Below, piece by piece: positions 54,224 to 64,000 of a stretch of DNA of 64,000 nucleotides (its first letter is position 1; each line of letters begins with the position of its first letter). The stretch lies in assembly GCA_951406725.2 (NCBI GenBank), contig OX597824.1, positions 43,090,001 through 43,154,000 of the forward strand. The letters are read 5' to 3'. This DNA comes from Octopus vulgaris. Lineage: Eukaryota. The notes beneath the pieces were generated by a model. The model saw nothing but the letters and a program-made list of their open reading frames with translations. It ran no database searches and had not been told where the DNA came from. The position numbers were made by a program, and so were the translations under genes.

Positions 54224-55806
54224 TGTCATTGCTATTATTATCAGCAACAGGAGTCAGTTATCAATAATCGTAACAGTAAACGCCAACGAAAGCTATAAAC
54301 ACCACTACTACAATTGCCCACAACTAAATACCGCCATACCACCTTCATCACCCTAACCACCACTACCACCACCACCACCACCACCACCACCACCACCACC
54401 ACTACCACCATTATCATCACCGTAACTACCACTACGATCATCATTATATGTGTACCACCACATCGACTAATATCTGCATTAAGACTACCATCACAACCTC
54501 TCTCAGTACATTTGTATCACTACTAGTCAATCACAATGTGGGAACATATACGTGGTGGCTCTGTTAGAAATAGCTGATAAAATTTCCCTCAATTCACGCT
54601 CAGCTGTCTTTAATAAAAGTGAAGGAAACATTTGACAATTTAGCTCTAGATACACTGCATCTGCATAAAAGATGAGATAGTAACTATCACGACGGTTATA
54701 GAAATGTGGTGATCGATCGGGGCGAGCTTAGGGCTAGCCACCATCAATATCATTAACAGCATCAACAATAACCTCATCAGCAAAAGTAAAGACAGCTACG
54801 ACCACGACAACAATAAGCAAAGGAGGGAGTATTTACACAGCCGTTCAACTTGCTAGAAATGGAGGCCAAATCCCTCTCAAATCACACCCACACTGTCTCC
54901 AGTAAAGAAAGGATACAGTAGATAATATGTAGACCCCTGCAGCATGATAAGAGACCATGTAAATTAATGCATTAGGGGTCATTAGTATTTATTGATATAA
55001 AGCATTGGGTGTCCCTAGACCCGACGTGGGGGACCCCTGATAACTTCCTAGTGCACCAGTACGCTGAGACGGCACTGGTCCAAGGTAACCTTAAAAAGAC
55101 AATGGTGATTATTGCTGGAATATATTGGTGATAGATCTATTTATTGTACCAGGGGCTGGCGTGGGGTTAAACAACGACGGCAACAACAGCAACAATAACA
55201 ACAACAGCAGCAGCAACAGTAGCGCAGCATAACAACAGCAAGATCAACAATACTTTACCGCCACCACAACCATCGCCATCACCTATGCTACATCATCATC
55301 ATCGATCTCAACACCGCAACACCATTATAATATCATCACCAACACCATCACTAACACGCTCAATCACCGCTACAAGCACCCTCGCCCTCACCATCACTAC
55401 CATCACCGCCATTTTCATCGCCGCCGCCGCCACCACCAGTATCATCGCCGCCAACACCACTGCCACCACGTCTATCACAGCGATGTCCACTACTATCTAG
55501 CCATCACCACAACCACCACCGCCACCGCCACCGCCACCACCAACAGTAGTGCCAGCATTAACTGCAGTAAGCAGGAAGTCTGCGTCTTTGCTGGTTGTAA
55601 GGATGCTACAGATGCCGTTGCAGAGATACAGTCACCATAGCAGCAACAGCAGCAACAACAGCAACAACATTAGCATCAGCAGGAGCAGAAACAACAGCAA
55701 CAGCAGCATCAGTCAGCAACATTCTGTTCAATGGTCCACAGTTGTCTGAAAGAAAGGAGGTCTACTTTGGGCCACAACACTTGGCGACTGCTAACTTTTC
55801 TCTTCT

Positions 55807-55837
<31 letters not shown>

Positions 55838-55867
55838 TTCTCCCTCTCTCACTCTCTATTTCTCTAC

Positions 55868-55898
<31 letters not shown>

Positions 55899-57239
55899 AT
55901 ATACACACCCACACCCACACACGCACACACACACACATATATATCTGCGTAACTTGCTCTCCCCCTTTCTCTATCAATTTATACGTGTGTATGTGTGTCT
56001 GTGTAAGAGTTCACACACACACGCACACATACACACATACACACACATATGTATATGCATATATTTAGACACAGGATATGCGTATGCATATGTATGTATG
56101 TATGTATATATGTATAAATAGATTATGTCGCGAGGATATGTCTAGTTCTCTCTCTCTTTCTCTTTTTCTTTTTTGTTTCTTTCTCTTTCTCTCTATCTCT
56201 CTCTCCCTGTACGCGCGTGCGCGTTTGGAAATACTGACTGTATAGGTGAGGCAACTTCTCCATCCCTAAATTGCGAGGAATAGGCACTAGATCATCATCG
56301 GGGAATGTTACCGGCATTCTACCAGTGAGACATAAATGTTATGAAACTGGACCTCATTCAATGAAAAAATTAGAGCAATATCCTCGCTGTTAGCTGGCGA
56401 TACCACCCCACCCCAATAATCCCAAGATCCAGAAACTAGCTCCATATAATTCGTCAGCGTAGCCTCCCGGTCATATATGAGAATGATCGAGGGTACATTG
56501 AATAAGTGGGATTTAAGCCATAAGTTCATTATTAACCATACTGACTAAAGAAACAGCATAGCATTATTTAGCCACATATGGTAGTTAAAATACTACAACA
56601 TAGACACCTATACTATCGCCTAGCTGATACTGCCTTTTTCGCAAATTTCTGTCTCCTTCGGAATGACAACATTTTTTAAAATCTTCATTCTCACTAAAAA
56701 AAACAAAAAAAAAAAAACATACGCATTCAACAGAAGATCAGAAAATTTGAGATTTGTTGACATGTATTCCGAACTCAAAACAAACCGGAAGTTGAAAATT
56801 AGAAACGAAGCATGCTGAGGGTATATTCCTTCCACCAGTCAGACCTGTCTAAAAATTATTCAAAAACAGGGACATAAAACTCCGAGTAAATGGGATGTTT
56901 TAAGATGGAGCTATAAATATTTGTTCGCAGTATTGTCTTGTGCATAATAACACTTAATCAACGACCTGTTATATGTTTCTCGAAGGCATAACTATTTATA
57001 TATGTTTTCCAAACTCCCTCTGCCGGAACGTTGCGTTATTAATTTCATTTTCTAAATGCTTTCAGGGTCATTTTTCAGTAAACCGTGTTTGTTTCCTTAT
57101 AACTTCCTGCTAATCCTCACCTTTTTACTGTAGTCGTCTCCTCCTCTAAGAACTGATTCTACTTCTTCGAACATCTGTCTTACAGAACTCACTTCCTTCT
57201 CCTTGTCTTCTAGATAAATATGATCTTAATTATTTTATT

Positions 57240-57655
57240 CTGTTACTTGTTTCAGTTATTTGGCTACGGCCATACTTGAGCATCGCCTTAAAGGGCTTCT
57301 TAGTCGTAGAAATCGACACCAGAACTTATTCTTAGTAAGCCTAGTACTTATTCTATCGGTCTCTTTTGCTGAACCGTTAAGTTACGGGGACGTAAACTCA
57401 TGAAGATTGGTTTTCAAGCGATGCTGGGGAGGGGGACAAATACAGACACAAAGACGCATTCACGTAAATATTACACACATACACACAATATACGACGGGT
57501 TTCTTTCGGTTTCCGTCTACCAAATCCATTCAAGGACCTGGTCGCTCCGAGGTTGTAGTAGAAGACACATGCCTAATGTGCCAAAGAAAGGGACCGAACC
57601 CAGAACCATGTGGTTGAGAAGCAAGCTTCTTAGCATACCGCCACACCAGCGCCTA
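57240..57655 (-). mobile_element. SINE family A, diverged
   Basis: Collinear with the other family-A copies. Confidence 0.85.
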
Positions 57656-58156
57656 TTAATAATAGAATTCATCGTTTTCTGATTCTTAAAGCAGCTTATC
57701 ATTATTCCAGACCGCTTTTCTTTTGTCACTTCCAACGTACTAAAGGTTACAATAAGACATCCATGTTATTGCTAATGGGCTGCAGCCAAGTTGGGAGTTA
57801 CTTAAAAAAACATTGGTGGCCTATTCCAGGTGCTGCCACATGATGATTTGCAAAATGGAACAATCGAGACTCAGTATGCCAAGGCATATTCTTTAAGATA
57901 TAAGTATAATCCATGAGATAGGCTTCCACACAGTTTCCATCTTCCAATTTTACATGTTAAGCTTTGATCAATCCGAAACCATGGTAATAGACACATGCAT
58001 AAAAAAAAACACACACATTGGGATCAAATCCGAGCTATCGTATTTGCGCAGTAAGCGACTTACCCAGTCGGTTGATATGTCTTTGTTTACGGGCACGCGC
58101 GCACACATACACACACACGCAATCACACACATGCACACATATACATATATACATAT

Positions 58157-58301
58157 AGGCACGGGCGTGGCTTACTTCTCAACCACATGGTTCCAGGTTC
58201 AGTCTCACTGGGTGCACCTTGGGCAAGTGTCCTCTACTATACCCTCAGACTGACCAAAGCCTTATGAGTGGATTTGGTAGACGAAAACTGAATGATGCCC
58301 G

Positions 58302-58334
<33 letters not shown>

Positions 58335-58530
58335 TGTGTTTGTCCCCACACCATCGCTTGACAACCGATGTTGGTGCGTTTACGTCCTCGTAACACAGTA
58401 GTTCGGCAAAAAGAGGCTGATAGAATAAGTACCAGGCTTACGAAAAATAAGTCCTGGGGTCGATTTCTTCGACCAAAACCCTTTAAGGCGGTGCTCCAGT
58501 ATGGCCGCAGTCAACAAGTAAACGAATAAC
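58157..58530 (+). mobile_element. SINE family A
   Basis: CCAGGTTCAGTCTC..ACCTTGGGCAAGTG..AAGGCGGTGCTCCAGTATGGCCGCAGTC. Confidence 0.88.
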
Positions 58531-59072
58531 ATGCGCGCGCGCGCGATGTATGTGTTATATTACGTCTGTGTGAGCGTGTGTGCTTCCATACGTGAGGCAT
58601 ACAGATTCTACTGGTCAGCTTAGAATGACAGTGGCACATGGGAATTTAAACTTGGGATATATAATTTCAATGCCTCATTTCGCATTCGAATGCGTTTCTC
58701 TCTTATTCCGTGTCGCTCCTTATGATGTTGATATGACTGTATATTCATGTATATATGTATGTGCATCGAACGAACAAGGGACGTGTATTCAACACATGTA
58801 ATGTATATGGTTCTTTTAAATTATTATCCCGCGATTGGAGTTTGATGGCAAACGCTCTTCGGCATAAAACTCAAGTAGCCAGGTAGACATTGTGTGTGAG
58901 TGTGTGTGTGTGTGTGTGTGTATGTGTGTGTGTGTGTGTATGCATGTATGTATGTATGTATGTATGTATGTATGTATGTATGTATGTATGTATGTATGTA
59001 TGTATGTATGTATGTATGTATATGCATGTATATATGTATATATATATATAATATAAACAAATGTATTATACA

Positions 59073-59109
<37 letters not shown>

Positions 59110-59509
59110 GTATGTGTGTGTGTGTGTGTATGTATATATGTATGCATGTATGTATATATTTATGCGCGCTGATTTGTATGTACGTATGTCTGTCTTTCTA
59201 TACGTATACATCTGTTTGCGTGGATGTGAATACGGTAGATATATATAAATCTATGTGTATATATATCTACGTGTAGAAGCCTATTTATACACACACACAC
59301 ATACACACACACACATACATGCGCACGCACACATAAGAAATTTACGCAACCATTTATTTTGATGAGATGATAGCGCTATATACTTATCTCCAGGGAGATG
59401 ACCTGTACATACAACATAAATTAATAAATAAATGAATAGCAAAGAAAGAAATCAATTATTATTATTATTGTTGTTGTTGTTGTTGTTGTCGTTGTCATCA
59501 TCATCATCA

Positions 59510-59574
<65 letters not shown>

Positions 59575-59844
59575 TTAAGGTTGTTGATCCTGATAAACAG
59601 CCAAGAGTCGTTAGAGCACTGGTTATAATGCTCGACGTTATTTGGTTATTTATTGCTCTTTGTGTTCTCTGTTCAAATCTTGCCGAGTTCAGCCGTCGGA
59701 GTCGATAAAATAAAATGCTGGATCAAATTAAACGCTGGTCATATACCGAATCGAATTAACCTCTCTCCATATAATTTCAGCCTTTGTACCTATGTAAGTA
59801 ACGATTGTTTGAAAGGCATACAAATGTTCTGCATTATTTTGTTT

Positions 59845-59980
59845 CGGCTCGCCGAGGTCGACTTTGCCTCTCATCATTTCGGGGTCGATAAATTAAGTAC
59901 CAGTAAAACACTGGAGTTGATGTAATCGACTATTCCCCTCCACTAAAATTTCAGGCCTTGTACCTTCAGTAGAAAGGATT
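59845..59980 (+). mobile_element. SINE family B, 3' part
   Basis: CGCCGAGGTCGACTTTGCC..GGGGTCGATAAATTAAGTACCAG. Confidence 0.85.
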
Positions 59981-61978
59981 ATTTGTTTTGGCTCATTACA
60001 TTCTCAATTCAAATCAACTTGCATACAACTTTGTGCCAGTCAAGTACTGGAAACGATATTTCCGGCTCTTTCGTTACAAAAATGGCTGTTGTATGTCAAA
60101 ATTTGAATGGGGTTTTTAATGCTTCTCTTCTTACACAATCTAGGCTGCGTAAACTTTCATCGCTTTTGTAATTTGTTTCTGAAAGATCTCTTTTCAGTTG
60201 TGGACCTTGTGGCAAAGAAATTAAGTTATATCATAATAGAAAGATGATCTACTGTGCCTTTCATCGATCTTCGATCCAATATTAAATATCATTTAACTGT
60301 AATCTGCATAAATCGAGTATCAAGGGCTCGGTTCATCTTCCCTCGAAATTCGTGGTTTTACATATGTTAAACATCATCTTAAATAGTATCCTCTTGTCAC
60401 AATATCTCTAGGTGCTTCAGGTTCCGCTTACGAACGAAACCAAAGACGTAACCGAAATCTTTGTTATACTGAAACAAGTTCGCGTATTATGCTTTAAGCA
60501 AGCTTAAAAGCTTAACAATGGAAAGGAATCAAAGTTATAATTGAAATCTTTAGCATTTTGAAACAATGATATGAAGGTCTATAAATTCGTCTATCAGCAT
60601 ATTAATAAAAAGACATTCATATAATGTGGAATTTCCACTGATTCCACTGGTCTTTTTAATTATTAGAGCCAAAGACACGAACAGAAATTTCAGGTGAAGA
60701 GTAAAGTTGGATTCCCTATCTATTATATTTAGGTTGGTAAGGTATTCGAGCTTTAAGGTAAATAGCTCTCTATACTAGCAAACTAGCTCGTTAAAAAAAT
60801 ATTTATTAGAGACGAAAGCAGTATGTATACTGAGAAGTAATGTTTATCATCAGTGGCTGTGTGATGCTGTTTTTCTATATATTGCAAGCTGTGGTAAATT
60901 ACTTCTATGTCTAGAAGACGAGCATCCATCACTGAGGATGATCAAAATGAGATCGAAATCACGTAATTTGGTGGCCTCCTGGCTAGAATAGCAGGGAGTT
61001 CTCTCCCCGCTAGCAATATATATCAAATGCGAAATACACTGAATAACCAGCTGGAGAAGGCGTCTTCCTGGGGTTAAAATAGTAGTATCGTCTGTTTTTA
61101 TAGAATAACTACGTTTAGGTAGCGATAAACAATGCTTCCGATACGTTTCACCACAGCTCAAACGAAGCATTTCAGGTCGATCTAAAGAGGGAAATAACAC
61201 CAAGTATCCTTCAATTACACACTATGTCTTAAACATTACACACTAATGTCTTAAACAATAGTGGATACTATTAGATATAATAAAAATGAAATATAAATGA
61301 AACAAAAAATACTCGTTGTTTGAATGCTTTTCATCATAAATAACAAAGTATCTTGTATTATGCCCTAAAAAAGATTTATTAGTTTACATCTTGAAGATTC
61401 GAATATATTATTGCTTACTTTACAGTGTTATTTTAAATTGTATCTACAACATTTACATCTGTGTTTCATTATTGTAAGTTTATATCCAACTTGAAATGAT
61501 ATTTTATTCTTCCATTTATACAGAAACTCCAAACAATCGGTACTCTTGCAAGCAACGTTCAAGAAAAGACAGCTGACCTTATCACGAAATTCAGACAACA
61601 ACCAGTTAAAATAAATGGGTTCTGTCATTTGGCGTAAACGATAACACACGAAAATGTTATTATCCCTCTTCATTTCACTTGAGAACCAAAGATAATCCAT
61701 TGCCAAATAACTGCAAGAAGGTGAGCTAACCGACTAGCGTCTAACACGGTCTAGTATTACACTAAAGAAGCTTGTATATTTATGAGGTACAAACTAAAAA
61801 GAGTGACTTGTAGGGGAGGTAATAATATTTGTTTCTCCAATAAAACTTTTACAAAAACTATTTTTTGACAGATGGAATTAGCAGAGCCCATTTGGTATAA
61901 TCGATAGTAAGATCGTTCGATAAGTAATATATGTAGTTCAACAGCCATTCAAGATTCTCTTTTTTTCTTCTGCCTTAG

Positions 61979-61987
61979 GCAGTGCTT
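61979..61987 (+). other. Candidate 9-nt microexon GCAGTGCTT
   Basis: TTCTCTTTTTTTCTTC-TGC-CTTAG|GCAGTGCTT|GTAAGT: pyrimidine tract, UGC, frame-preserving length, consensus donor. Confidence 0.5.
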
Positions 61988-62058
61988 GTAAGTATATATA
62001 TGTAGACATGTGTGTGTGTGTGTGAGTGTGTGTGTGTGTGTACACACATATATAAAAC

Positions 62059-62101
<43 letters not shown>

Positions 62102-62292
62102 TTAGAGATAGATACATATAGCTATATATATATATTTATATGCATATGCATATATTTTATATAGTCAATTCGAGTGAGTTATAAACTCATAAGGGATTAT
62201 GTAATCCAAGAAATTCTATTGGTTAATCCCTATCATACAATACGAAAGTCGCTTGTATATGTTAGGGATTATTGTAATTATATATATTATTA

Positions 62293-62603
62293 ATATTGAA
62301 GGAAAGAAAATTGAGAGAATTGGATGTGTGGAAAGTTTATTTGTATGTTAAAAAATGTTGAAAAATTTCATTTACAAAAAAAGTACAATACAAATAGATT
62401 GATTATAAGTTGTAAAGCTCAAAACGATTTTAAGATTTAACATTTTAAATTCTTATTTAGATTCTTTTTTAAACTTCTTTTTGAGCTTTACAACTTATAA
62501 TCCATTTATTTGTATTGTAATGTTTTTAATAGAAATTTTTCAACATATTTTAACATGCAAATTTTAATACATCCAATCGTCTCCATTTTCTTTCCTTCAA
62601 TAT
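62293..62603. repeat. ~310-bp imperfect fold-back
   Basis: ATATTGAAGGAAAGAAAAT..GATTATAAGTTGTAAAGCTCAAAA versus TTTTGAGCTTTACAACTTATAATC..ATTTTCTTTCCTTCAATAT. Confidence 0.88.
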
Positions 62604-62634
62604 ATGTATGTATGTACGTACGTATGTATGTATG

Positions 62635-62668
<34 letters not shown>

Positions 62669-63106
62669 TGTATGTATGTATGTATGTATGTATGTATGCA
62701 AGTATGTATGTATGTGTGTGTATGTATGTATGTATGTATGTATGAATGTATGTACGTATGTATGTAAGTACGTACGTATGTATGTATGTATGTATGTATG
62801 TATGTGTGTGTGTGTATGTATGTATGTGTGTGTATGTATGTATGTATGTATGTATGTATGTATGTATGTATGTATGTATATATGTATGTACTCATATATA
62901 CAGAAACACACATGCATGGCGTATAAATATAACTACTAAACATACATTCAGGGTAAGCGTATGATGTCCGTATGTGTAAGTGTGTAAGTTCTTATATACA
63001 TCGAAATTTCACTATAGTGTACGTGTATATGAATTTAAATATTTCTCTTTATGTGTTTCACTGTCTCTCTCTCTCTGTCCCTTTCTGTCTGCCTTCTGCA
63101 CACACA

Positions 63107-63190
<84 letters not shown>

Positions 63191-63310
63191 CATACATGCA
63201 CGTGCACACTGCCAAATAGATTTCCATCACTAAAAGACATGTCAACCCATTTGTGGAGTATTTTTTGAATGCATAATAGTAGTTGGGTCCCTGCTTCAGA
63301 ATTTGGAGAA

Positions 63311-63363
<53 letters not shown>

Positions 63364-63412
63364 TATGTGTATATATATATATTTATATATATGTATATTG
63401 TATATATGTATA

Positions 63413-63492
<80 letters not shown>

Positions 63493-64000
63493 TAAATAGC
63501 TAGCTAGATAGATAGATACATTCATACATATATCATATTACATTCTCTTGTAATATATTATAATATATTATATTATGTTATGTTATATTATATTATATCA
63601 CATCTTATCATACTATATCAGTTTGGGTATATCCATGTATTCTTATATTACCTATACAGATCTGAGAATACTTCGTCTGTGGGTTCGGGTATGTATATGC
63701 GGGTGCGTACATGCGTGTGTGTATGTCTGTCTGTCTGTCTGTGTCTGTGTGTGTATCTTTATGTGTGTGAGCGTGCCGACTTTTATGTATGTATATTATT
63801 ACTGCAGTTACGTTTTTGCATTGGGGAAATCTCTTTCCGTCTCGTGTTTTCATTTGTCTTCTTTCTCTCATTCATTTCACAAATGCACACACGCACACGC
63901 ACACACATACGCACACACATACGCACACACACGCACACACACACACACAAACACATGCACATACACACACGCACACACACACACACACACGCACGCACAT

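Noticed and set aside
54925-55080. hAT-like MITE inside a family-E repeat
   Set aside because: Only one plausible terminus (GCTGAGACGGCACTG) is visible; no matching TIR or TSD.
60850-61203. 117-aa minus-strand ORF
   Set aside because: Non-ATG start and no domain similarity evident.

Overview
AT-rich eukaryotic DNA, very dense in microsatellites. The SINE families and repeat landscape suggest an octopus or other coleoid cephalopod (inference). I could not identify a complete host protein-coding gene. Almost all predicted ORFs are translations of microsatellites. The window looks intronic or intergenic and is built from: (i) at least five SINE-like families; (ii) two decayed Tc1 copies, mariner derivatives and MITEs, a pogo/Tigger fragment and a hAT MITE; (iii) a Helitron Rep/helicase relic, a complete mini-Helitron and a HINE-like element; (iv) LINE 3' ends (RTE, CR1-like, R4/Dong-like). 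The most notable signal is about a dozen hammerhead-ribozyme (HHR) motifs in Penelope-like (PLE) relics, often within inverted-repeat (fold-back) cassettes. Two have an intact catalytic core: 29563-29605, inside a 361-bp ORF-less cassette with terminal inverted repeats, and 22722-22848, with a 100-nt stem II that is partly covered by an antisense arm. There is also a candidate 9-nt neural-type microexon at 61979-61987, a GC-rich structured island with HDV-like motifs at 39308-39408, and several long hairpins. All calls were made by eye; no searches or folding programs were run, and the ends of decayed repeats are approximate.
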